A stretch of 64,000 nucleotides of DNA from a bacterium (GTDB lineage Bacteria > Bacteroidota > Bacteroidia > UKL13-3), in the NCBI GenBank assembly GCA_034439755.1, contig JAWXAZ010000036.1:312-64311 (forward strand), given 5' to 3'. Both the position numbers and the translations under genes were made by a program. Positions 1 through 8,470 of the stretch are shown here, piece after piece (the stretch's first letter is position 1; each line of letters begins with the position of its first letter). The notes beneath the pieces are model-generated. The model made no database searches. It was not told where the DNA came from and saw nothing but the letters and a program-made list of their open reading frames with translations.

Positions 1-3000
1 ATCTTTATATCCAAATTGAAGCGAAATTTCATTCGGTTCAGAGTAAGAATTTGAATCAACAAAATAATTTACTCCTTCCATAATTTCATCAGAAAATTGA
101 GACTGATTTTGATAAAATGCAAGGTGTGTTTTTGCACGCGTTATACCCACATAAAGTAAGCGCTTATCTTTATCTTCCATAGCCTTTTCGCCATCAAACA
201 AAATAAAAACATTATCAAATTCCTTTCCTTTGGCTTTATGAATGGTTGAGATGATTGTTGTTTCCTGTTCCAATTGATAAAAATCCTCCAATCTAGATTC
301 TTGTAAAAACATATCAAAATCACTTTTGTATTTCACCTTAGAATTCACCTGGTCAAATTGCCTTAATAACTCAAGACAGATTGGCAATAATGAGCTACGT
401 TTAAACTCCATTACGAATGCTCTATACCCTTCATTCCATGCATCATTACTAATAATTGAAGTACTCTCATTATTATTTACCTTTTCAAAGAACCACTTAA
501 TTTCTTTAAGCGCTGATAAATTAAACTTCTCATTTGTTTGAATCAATTGACTTTTTCTTCCAGCCTTGTTCAACATTGTATTTATTTGAAGGGCTTGTAA
601 ATTAGTACGCGTTAATATTGCTGTAGTTCCACCAAACTCAGATTTTAAAAAATCTATCACTAACGGAACAATAATTCTCTCGCTACTATATTGTTTAATT
701 TTAACCGTGCCATTATCATCGTTATTGCCGAACAAGCTTTCTGTCTTTATCCTATTACTAATTGATTTAACATACTTATCTGTAAATCCAACCAAATCAT
801 TCTTGCTTCGGTAATTTACATTGAGTTCATACTTTGTTGCTAATTCATCTTTCAAAAACTGCTTCATGTATAAAGAACTAGCACCCCTGAATTCAAAAAT
901 ATTCTGATCATCATCACCGACCATCAACACCCTTAAATCTTCATTTTCTGTTATCAAAAGTGAGATCAACCTATATTCATCTTCATTGATATCTTGGGAT
1001 TCATCAATTACCAAAACTGTTTTGGTAATTTTATTTAATTCAATATCCTTAGATTGAATTTTTTCTATGGTTGAATGAATAATTGAACCCGATTTTTCGA
1101 GGTTCCCTACCCTTCCTAACAAATCAAAACAATAAGAATGAAACGTTTTAATTTCTACAAAATATGCTGGAGTACCAATAAGTTTTATAAGTCGTTGTTT
1201 AAACTCGGAGGCGGCAGCACGCGAGAAAGTAATCATCAATAATTGTTCTGTTTTAATATCTTCCATTAGAATTAATGAGGCAAGCTTATGAACAAGAACC
1301 TTTGTTTTGCCGCTGCCTGGGCCAGCAGCAACTAATATATTCTTATTTGTTTGATCTTTGATTATATTTAATTGCGTTGTAGATAAATCTCCAAATAATT
1401 GCTTAAATTTAGCAATGGTTATATTTCTTTTGATCTCGCTTTGTCTCGCACCTTTAAAGTACTTATTAAGAAAACTTGAATAATTGAGTTGAAAATAGTC
1501 GTCCACAAATTGTAAAGCATCACTGTAATCAGCGGTCATCTTTTTTGCATATTCGCCAACAATATGGATTTGCTGAATTTTATTTTCATAAAATTGATTT
1601 AAAGCCTGATAATCTTCCACCCTGTATTGCTTCTTATTATCCACTTCAAGTCTTTCAATATTTAAACGATTATATAAAACCATAAAACCACCTTCAATTT
1701 TTATGGCATCAATGCGCGACAAGAAAAATAAAGCTTCTTCCACTTCTTCACTGCTAGATTGCCTATTAAAAATTTGAATTTGTTTTTCGAATTCTTCCTT
1801 AAGCTCAAACACTGAAAATGAAACCAAATTATCATCCCTGTTTTCATTGTTGAGGGTTACAATTGCAAGTGACCTGTTATATAAAAAACTGATAATAAAT
1901 ACTGAAAGTTCCTTTCTGAAAGAAATTTTATGAATGAATTGTTCTTTAGGAATAATTAGATGAATATAAGAATGGTTCACATGATGCTCTAGGTTAGTTT
2001 TTTTGATCCATCCTTTTATGCTCCAAAAATTGAGTATAATTTTAAGTTGGTTAGGACTACAATTTGTGCAACCTGCGGCCTCTGCTTGTTCATTGAGTTC
2101 CTTAATATTAAAATCATTTGAATTTTCTTCCAATTTACTTGAAAGAAACTTCTCTAATTTATTAAACGATTGAAGTATTTGGTTCGATTTGTTTTGCTGC
2201 TCTCCCTTTTTTATAAAGGCATTGAGATCTTTGGTATCTCCTAAAATCTTTTCTTCTCTTAAAAGGTTAACGATATGAATTACTTCCCTATTAGACATTT
2301 CAAGAGTTTCGGCAATATAATCAACCCTAGATTCAGCAACTTCACTGCTACCAGCTTGTTTTGTTTTAGTAGAGAAGAGTTTTTTAATAATACGTGTGGC
2401 TTTTTCTTTTTCCTTAATCTCAAATCTCTTAGACCTTTCTATGGTTTCTATTGCTTCCTGTGCATTTTTGGTTAAAATACTACTAGCATAAACCGTTGGC
2501 GAATTTTGGCCACGCTTTAAATATCCTGAGTTTTCCAGAGCAGAAATGGCTGTAGTAACTCTTGTTTCAATTTCTCTGATGTTTTCGTCCCATCCTGCAC
2601 TTCTTGCAATATCCAAGGCCGATTTAGAAAATTTCAATCTTGTTTTGCTTAAATTTTTTACCGCTTTCCAAACTTGTTTAATTTCCTTTAAGCTTAATTT
2701 AGTTTGATTGAGCAAAACAAAATGTTTGCTTAAATCATCCTCATTAAAAAGCACATAACAATCTGCTTCAAGATTTTCGTCTCTTCCAGCTCTTCCTGCC
2801 TCTTGCACATAATTCTCCAAAGAGTCGGAAATTTCAAAATGCACCACCATAGCAATGTCTTTCTTATCAACACCCATGCCAAAAGCCGAGGTGGCTACCA
2901 TTATTCTAACCTCCCCATTAATAAAAGCGTTTTGGTTTGCTGTTTTATCTTTGGGATCCATTTTACCATAATAAGGCAATGCCATAAACCCGTCTTTGGT

Positions 3001-4524
3001 GAGCCTTTCGGCGATATCGTGTGCCTTTTTGGTTCTTGATACATATACAATACAAGGCTTTCCATTATGAAATAAAAGTTCTCTCAACTCGTTGTATTTT
3101 CCTTCTTCATTATCCTTTTCATAAACCTTATAATGTAAGTTTTTCCTTCCTGCACTCGAATTGTAAATTTCCAAATCAAGGTTTAGGTTTGATTTAAAAT
3201 AATAACAAATATCTTCAACCACCTTTTTCTTAGCTGTGGCTGTAAAACAAGAAATCTGGATAGGCTCCACTAGGTTTTTAGTTATTTGCAACTGTTTAAT
3301 AAAATCGGCTATATACAAATAATCAACCCTAAAATCCTGGCCCCATGAAGAGAAACAATGTGCTTCATCAATCACAAATCGGGCAATATTCCTTCCTAAC
3401 AATAATCGTTCAATTGATTTTGACCGTAAAGATTCGGGAGAGATATAAAGCATACAGGCTTGACCATTTTCCACACGTTCCATAGATTTACTTCTTTCAA
3501 TAGGATCGAGCAAACCATTAATAGTTACAGCGCTGGTAATACCCATTTTTTCAAGATTATCCACTTGATCTTTCATCAATGATTGTAGTGGAGAAATAAT
3601 TACCGTAAGTGCCTTACTATTCTCTCCACTCATTAATGCCGGAACCTGAAAAGTAATAGACTTACCTCCTCCAGTAGGAAAAACCGCAATAAGTGATTTG
3701 TTTTGAATTGCAGCATTTACTGCATGCTCCTGCAAAGGCTCTTCGCCATAAGTTCTAAAACTGTGGTGGTTAAAGAATTTTTTTAGCCCAAGTAAACCAT
3801 CCAAAGACTGGTTGCAATACAAACAACCCTGAACACATGGTCTATTTCTTAATTGATTAATAATGCGTTCTACTTTTGGATAACTTTTAAGCACCCAACG
3901 AGGAGTAATTGAATCTGTTTGCTTGCATTGAATAATAGACAAAGCATAAGCCAATTCTATAGCTGAATTCTTAATAAGTGGCGCTAAATCAAGTGAATCA
4001 CAAATAGCTCCCTTAAACTTAATTTTAACAAGCTCAATAAGATTTGCATCGGATGTGTGGTAATCTATGTACCTGAAAAAGCCCGCATAACCGAGCTTTT
4101 TTCGCAATAAAAAGTAGAATATCTCCTTAATTGGTGATTGATAAAAGGCTTCAATTTCATCTTGAAACAACTCCTTTGCTTTAATAGCATCGTTGAGTGG
4201 ATTATTTAATTCGTCTGTTTGGAGTTTATCATCTTTGAGCAAGGCATGATAGGGCCTTTCAGGGAAAAGCAGTGGAGATAAATATAAGGTATCAATTAAA
4301 TTCTCAGGCAACACATTACATTTATCCAATGTAGGTTTAAGGTAAGAATAATCGTGAAGCACAAAATTATGGCCCACGATATATTGCATCTCTGTTAAAA
4401 ATTGAATTAAATCTTTGGAAGAATTTGAATGGAATTTGGCACCATTCGAATTGATTCCACCCATATCCAAAACCTTACCGTTGCTGGGATCAATCTCTGT
4501 ATCAATAAAAGCAATTGGCTTCAT
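1..4524 (-). CDS. Large multidomain helicase whose 3' end lies beyond the window: N-terminal DnaQ/DEDDh-like exonuclease, RecQ-family SF2 helicase core, and C-terminal UvrD/PcrA-type SF1 helicase
   Basis: Absent from the supplied ORF track because there is no stop codon inside the window. My own translation starts at the ATG at 4524-4522 and reads MKPIAFIDTEID..IVGHNFVLHDYSYL..YHALLKDD, which is exonuclease-like. RecQ motifs follow: FPTGGGKS (the Lys codon is 3663-3661), IISPLQSLMKDQV, FVIDEAHCFSSWGQDFR, CFTATA, VATSAFGMGVDKKDI and YVQEAGRAGRD. UvrD motifs follow those: VAAGPGSGKT (about 1330-1303), VLVIDESQD, VGDDDQNIFEFRGA, NYRS, TIHKAKGKEFD and LLYVGITRAK. All motifs are in one frame, which stays open to position 1 (..LQFGYKD). 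Confidence 0.85.
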   Translation of the reverse strand, partial: MKPIAFIDTEIDPSNGKVLDMGGINSNGAKFHSNSSKDLIQFLTEMQYIVGHNFVLHDYSYLKPTLDKCNVLPENLIDTLYLSPLLFPERPYHALLKDDKLQTDELNNPLNDAIKAKELFQDEIEAFYQSPIKEIFYFLLRKKLGYAGFFRYIDYHTSDANLIELVKIKFKGAICDSLDLAPLIKNSAIELAYALSIIQCKQTDSITPRWVLKSYPKVERIINQLRNRPCVQGCLYCNQSLDGLLGLKKFFNHHSFRTYGEEPLQEHAVNAAIQNKSLIAVFPTGGGKSITFQVPALMSGENSKALTVIISPLQSLMKDQVDNLEKMGITSAVTINGLLDPIERSKSMERVENGQACMLYISPESLRSKSIERLLLGRNIARFVIDEAHCFSSWGQDFRVDYLYIADFIKQLQITKNLVEPIQISCFTATAKKKVVEDICYYFKSNLNLDLEIYNSSAGRKNLHYKVYEKDNEEGKYNELRELLFHNGKPCIVYVSRTKKAHDIAERLTKDGFMALPYYGKMDPKDKTANQNAFINGEVRIMVATSAFGMGVDKKDIAMVVHFEISDSLENYVQEAGRAGRDENLEADCYVLFNEDDLSKHFVLLNQTKLSLKEIKQVWKAVKNLSKTRLKFSKSALDIARSAGWDENIREIETRVTTAISALENSGYLKRGQNSPTVYASSILTKNAQEAIETIERSKRFEIKEKEKATRIIKKLFSTKTKQAGSSEVAESRVDYIAETLEMSNREVIHIVNLLREEKILGDTKDLNAFIKKGEQQNKSNQILQSFNKLEKFLSSKLEENSNDFNIKELNEQAEAAGCTNCSPNQLKIILNFWSIKGWIKKTNLEHHVNHSYIHLIIPKEQFIHKISFRKELSVFIISFLYNRSLAIVTLNNENRDDNLVSFSVFELKEEFEKQIQIFNRQSSSEEVEEALFFLSRIDAIKIEGGFMVLYNRLNIERLEVDNKKQYRVEDYQALNQFYENKIQQIHIVGEYAKKMTADYSDALQFVDDYFQLNYSSFLNKYFKGARQSEIKRNITIAKFKQLFGDLSTTQLNIIKDQTNKNILVAAGPGSGKTKVLVHKLASLILMEDIKTEQLLMITFSRAAASEFKQRLIKLIGTPAYFVEIKTFHSYCFDLLGRVGNLEKSGSIIHSTIEKIQSKDIELNKITKTVLVIDESQDINEDEYRLISLLITENEDLRVLMVGDDDQNIFEFRGASSLYMKQFLKDELATKYELNVNYRSKNDLVGFTDKYVKSISNRIKTESLFGNNDDNGTVKIKQYSSERIIVPLVIDFLKSEFGGTTAILTRTNLQALQINTMLNKAGRKSQLIQTNEKFNLSALKEIKWFFEKVNNNESTSIISNDAWNEGYRAFVMEFKRSSLLPICLELLRQFDQVNSKVKYKSDFDMFLQESRLEDFYQLEQETTIISTIHKAKGKEFDNVFILFDGEKAMEDKDKRLLYVGITRAKTHLAFYQNQSQFSDEIMEGVNYFVDSNSYSEPNEISLQFGYKD

Positions 4525-4807
4525 AACTGCGAAAAGTAGTCGTTTGAGAGGAGAAATCCAAGCCTATTTGAGCATAAAGGATTGGAAATCAAAATATCTT
4601 TTAAATCACCTTATGCACTAACAATAAGTTTCGCAATTCTTAATTCTGAAAATGAGAGTGTGCTTTATCAATAAGTTCAATCATTTGATTTAGAAATTGT
4701 TTTGGCAGCTATTTTTAAAAATTTAATATGAAATTTGTCAAAAGTAATCAGATTATGCTTAAGAAATAGACGTCGATTTAACTAGTAAGAACTATTTGGG
4801 TCTTAGC

Positions 4808-5407
4808 TCATTGATTCAGCAATTCAACCAACTCATTGATGATGTAGGCTCCTTTGTCTCTTGCGTACCATAAGTGCAAACTTTTTTCAAAATCTTCCCA
4901 CGTTATGGTGTCCATATTTTCTTTCCAATGTAGCATAATGTCTTGGGCAGGTTTTGGTCTTGGTCCCCAAGTAAGCAACACTTCATTGGTATCTTTATGC
5001 ATCATCAATAATTTGGGAATGGCCTTGGCTCCATTACTAAGGTGTTTTTCTATCAATTGGGGGTAGCTATCTCTTGAAATAAGTTTAAAATCAACAGCAC
5101 CTTCCATGCATTCTGCAACTTTGTTAACTATAGGCACAATCTGAGCACAATCGCCACACCAAGCATCGCCAATAAGCAACCAATTATACGTTTTCTTATG
5201 TTGATTAAGTTTGGCAATTTGCTCAGGATTCAATTGAATAGTTTTATCCAATCTATTCATCCTTTGAATATTCAATTTGGTAAATTCAAGCAAGGCTTCG
5301 CTTTGGTTCAGCCCAGTGGTTTTACCTGCTGCCACTAATAAATCAACATGTGCTCTATACTCATTGTAAGTGAGGCTCTCTTCAAAAATTTTAATTAATT
5401 CTATCAT
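4808..5407 (-). CDS. Thioredoxin-fold family protein (Thioredoxin_9-like)
   Basis: 199 aa. WCGDC redox motif in LLIGDAWCGDCAQIVP. The overall layout is typical of Bacteroidota thioredoxin-family proteins. Confidence 0.7.
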   Translation of the reverse strand: MIELIKIFEESLTYNEYRAHVDLLVAAGKTTGLNQSEALLEFTKLNIQRMNRLDKTIQLNPEQIAKLNQHKKTYNWLLIGDAWCGDCAQIVPIVNKVAECMEGAVDFKLISRDSYPQLIEKHLSNGAKAIPKLLMMHKDTNEVLLTWGPRPKPAQDIMLHWKENMDTITWEDFEKSLHLWYARDKGAYIINELVELLNQ

Positions 5408-5502
5408 TTTTTTTACGCAATCATTATTAAATCTTCGGTCTAATACAAACCAAGTTTCTTGTTATGAAATTAAATAATAAAAAAGCAGTCAATAATAATC
5501 AA

Positions 5503-5979
5503 TTAATATTCAATCTTCATCGTTACATCAAATGCCTTGGCAATATTGGTTGATGGCTTCCCTTTTTCGAAGGCAATTTTATAGTCTGCCAACACAATTT
5601 TGAGTTTGGTTTCAATGATAATCTGTCCGTCTTTAACCGTAATAGTCCCCATTTCTGAAATGGCCTTGGTGGTTTCTTTAAGGGTCATCTCGCCATCTAT
5701 CATGGCATGATAAACACCCTCCTTTTGAAAATTGATGTCTTTTAAATTGCTAATTTTTCCTTTGAACTTTGCTTTGGGAAATGGCTTTGTGTTTAAAAAT
5801 TTATCGCTGTTGAAATACTTTTGCATTAAGGCCTTTTGGAACTCAAAACTTTGCATTGGTACAGAAACAACTACCTCGCCAGATTCTTTGTTTAATATGG
5901 CCGTAGCGGCATAATTAACTGCACTAATATCTTCGGCAGCGGTATGCGAAAAGATATCAATTCTACTTTTTCTACTCAC
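5503..5979 (-). CDS. YceI-like periplasmic protein; the true start is probably upstream of the listed GTG
   Basis: Sequence pattern ..FEFQKALMQKYFNSDKFLNTKPFPKAKFKGKI..GEMTLKETTKAI.. matches YceI-like proteins. An in-frame signal-peptide-like stretch (KKISLIFAIIIGILTLNSF) lies directly upstream of the listed start. Confidence 0.6.
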   Translation of the reverse strand: MSRKSRIDIFSHTAAEDISAVNYAATAILNKESGEVVVSVPMQSFEFQKALMQKYFNSDKFLNTKPFPKAKFKGKISNLKDINFQKEGVYHAMIDGEMTLKETTKAISEMGTITVKDGQIIIETKLKIVLADYKIAFEKGKPSTNIAKAFDVTMKIEY

Positions 5980-6064
5980 TAATTTGTCCTCAGCAATTTT
6001 GAAACTATTTAATGTAAGGATGCCAATTATAATGGCAAAAATTAAGCTTATTTTTTTTATATTT

Positions 6065-6547
6065 TTATTCTTTTACTAAATCACATTTTTCGAGCAATAC
6101 ATTTTCATATAGCTCTAAGTCTTCATCGTAATTGGCACCAGACCTAATTATGCCTTTTATAGAAACGTGTTCTCCTATCTTTATTTCTGCTGCATGGGCG
6201 TTGGTTTCAGCCATAAACACACACATTACCCCAGCCTTATCTGCATCTTCTTGTAACAAAACCGTTTTCTGATTATTTAGGTTTATATCCATAGATTTTA
6301 CAGTGCCGGTAACCACAAATATTTTTGAATCGCCCTCGTTGCCTAAATACTTTTCATTGGCCAATTTTTCATCTTGCAGATACTCGCTAACAAGTGCTGT
6401 TGTGCTTACTGTATAATCTGCCTTTTGAGCTTGCACATCAATATGTGGCATGTTAAAGATATAATAGGCTATGCCACCTCCCACAGTTATTCCCAATAAA
6501 AGAACAAGGAGTATTATTTTTTTGATGTTATATTTTCTATTTGCCAT
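6065..6547 (-). CDS. Membrane-anchored OB-fold (tRNA_anti-like family) protein
   Basis: 160 aa. N-terminal TM helix (IILLVLLLGITVGGGIAYYIF) followed by a pattern typical of Bacteroidota tRNA_anti-like OB-fold proteins (..ANEKYLG..VTGTV..V.L....GVMCVF..G..V.IKG). Confidence 0.5.
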   Translation of the reverse strand: MANRKYNIKKIILLVLLLGITVGGGIAYYIFNMPHIDVQAQKADYTVSTTALVSEYLQDEKLANEKYLGNEGDSKIFVVTGTVKSMDINLNNQKTVLLQEDADKAGVMCVFMAETNAHAAEIKIGEHVSIKGIIRSGANYDEDLELYENVLLEKCDLVKE

Positions 6548-6645
6548 AAGAGTAATATTTTATTGATAAACAATGTGTATTAGTTCAAAAGAAAATTGAA
6601 CTATTACACATTGCTCTTTATACTTAAACTGCCTTTTAATAGCGG

Positions 6646-7044
6646 CTATGATTTTTTCAATGTGGCATCAATGGCCAACTTAATTTCTTCGGTAGATTTG
6701 CCCACACTAATGGTGCTAATTACTTTTTTAGACTTTGCATCTATTAAGGTAATCATGCCTGTAACCTTAGAATTTGCAGCAATTTTGGCTACACCAGCCT
6801 CTTCTAAGGCTTTTTTGCATAATTTCTTTGAGGCGTCATCTGTTACATCGTTTGCAACTATTTTTAATTCGCCAGTTTTATAGGCAGAAAATACTTCTTT
6901 GCCCATTCTGGCGTCATTGGCCTTGCAAGTTGAACACCAACTGGCTTTGGTTACAAGTGCAATTACTTTGGCATGATCTTGAGCAAATGCTGTTATTCCA
7001 ATGAATAAAGCTACGATGGTTAGAATTGTTTTTACGTTTTTCAT
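6646..7044 (-). CDS. Secreted thioredoxin-like CxxC protein
   Basis: 132 aa. Signal peptide MKNVKTILTIVALFIGITAFAQ and a WCSTC motif. Confidence 0.45.
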   Translation of the reverse strand: MKNVKTILTIVALFIGITAFAQDHAKVIALVTKASWCSTCKANDARMGKEVFSAYKTGELKIVANDVTDDASKKLCKKALEEAGVAKIAANSKVTGMITLIDAKSKKVISTISVGKSTEEIKLAIDATLKKS

Positions 7045-7115
7045 GTTAATTTATTTTAAAGTATATACCCATTAGTAGGTCGCCACTTTAAAACCTTACA
7101 CAAAAAACCGAATTA

Positions 7116-7346
7116 TTATTTCAAATGCCCGTCAATTTCCTGCTGAATGCGTGCTTTAGTAGATTCAGGTAAATTTATTTTATTTGAAACATCAAATGCT
7201 TGTTGGCTATTTTTAAGAACATCATCTATAAAAGCACTTTGCTTTTCATAGCTGCCACATTTACCACAAATCTTTATGTGAAGTTTTAATTGCAACCTAC
7301 CTAACAACAGCATTGAATTAAGTGTTTCTGTTGATGTAATTGACAC
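7116..7346 (-). CDS. Small protein with an H-x3-C-x2-C (zf-HC2 / ZAS anti-sigma-like) motif
   Basis: 76 aa with a GTG start. Motif LHIKICGKC followed by ..PESTKARIQQEI. No sigma factor gene is adjacent. Confidence 0.3.
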   Translation of the reverse strand: MSITSTETLNSMLLLGRLQLKLHIKICGKCGSYEKQSAFIDDVLKNSQQAFDVSNKINLPESTKARIQQEIDGHLK

Positions 7347-7426
7347 CTATATTGATTGGATGACCAACACATTTCCATTGGCATTGCAAGGTGTTAAAGT
7401 GATTGCAGAACAAGCAATAAAAACCC

Positions 7427-7783
7427 ATGAATGAAATAAAAGCATACATAAATGGGTTTCCACTAGAGGTTCAAGAAATTTTATACAAAATACGGACCAT
7501 CATTTTAGATGCTGCGCCAAAAGCAGATGAGGCAATGGCTTATGGTATGCCTGGTTATAAAACAAATAAAAAGCCATTGGTGTATTTTGCAGCTTACGAC
7601 AAACATGTTGGTTTTTATGCCACGCCAAATGGCCACGAAAAATTCGAAAAAGAACTTTCTATTTATAAACAAGGCAAGGGCTCTGTTCAATTTCAATTAA
7701 ATGAGCAAATACCCTATACGCTAATTAAAAAAATAGTTGCCTTTCGTATTAAGAATAATGAGCTCAAATATGGCAAAAAATAA
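7427..7783 (+). CDS. DUF1801 (YdhG-like) domain protein
   Basis: 118 aa. ..YINGFPLEVQEILYKIRTIILDAAPKADEAMAYGMPGYK..KPLVYFAAYDKHVGFY.. is the classic DUF1801 pattern. Confidence 0.7.
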   Translation: MNEIKAYINGFPLEVQEILYKIRTIILDAAPKADEAMAYGMPGYKTNKKPLVYFAAYDKHVGFYATPNGHEKFEKELSIYKQGKGSVQFQLNEQIPYTLIKKIVAFRIKNNELKYGKK

Positions 7784-7812
7784 ACGGCAGATGGCAAACA
7801 AAAAACATACCC

Positions 7813-8251
7813 ATGAAAGAATTTAATTACCTAGTATTTGAGCACTTTCCTGTTATTGAAACAGCTCGTTTATTGCTTAAAAATATGGTGGCAGAGGATG
7901 CCCAAAAAATATTAGAATTTAGGAAGAACGATCGCATTAGGGAATTTATTCACCGCAAAAGAATGGATGACTTAGAAAATGTCAACGACCTCATTGAACG
8001 TATAACAAAAGGGTATGAAGACAAAGCAATGATGGCTTGGGAAGGCGTTATTAAAAGCACCAATACCTTTATTGGAAGCTGCGGCTTCAACAAAATAGAC
8101 ATCCCAAAATTTAAGGGCAGAAATAGGCGGCGAACATAGCCGTGCCGCTTGGGGAAAACGTATTGCGCCAGTAGCTGTAAAACAGATTATTCAATTGGGT
8201 TTTATAAAGGAGGCACATTTTAACGATTATTATCAATATAAAGACCAATAA
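7813..8251 (+). pseudogene. GNAT (RimJ/RimL-type) N-acetyltransferase, frameshifted and C-terminally shortened
   Basis: Frame 1 ends at the TAG at 8137-8139 (..GSCGFNKIDIPKFKGRNRRRT*). The +1 frame starting at 8111 continues the expected GNAT sequence (LRAEIGGEHSRAAWGKRIAPVAVKQIIQLGF..) to the TAA at 8249-8251. Confidence 0.65.
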
Positions 8252-8470
8252 AATTCTCTTGCCATATATACTGCCTTTAACAAATAGTTTGGTTGGAACC
8301 GAAAAAAAACAGAAATGAAATGTAAGAATTTGTAACTAAACTTTTAAATTATATGTTCCGTTCCTTTTGGACTATCACATACTGCGTATTTGTAAAAATT
8401 ATGCTATTCAAAAATAAAAAGGCGTTGAATATATAAAAGAAAGATTATTTTGTTCCACCAAATAATTACA

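Noticed and set aside
141-4621. Short ORFs listed in the track within the first 4.6 kb: 141..323 (-), 326..541 (+), 2275..2475 (+), 2803..3039 (+) and 4415..4621 (+).
   Set aside because: All lie inside, antisense to, or out of frame with the motif-rich >1,508-codon minus-strand ORF. Their products are low-complexity and have no recognisable motifs.
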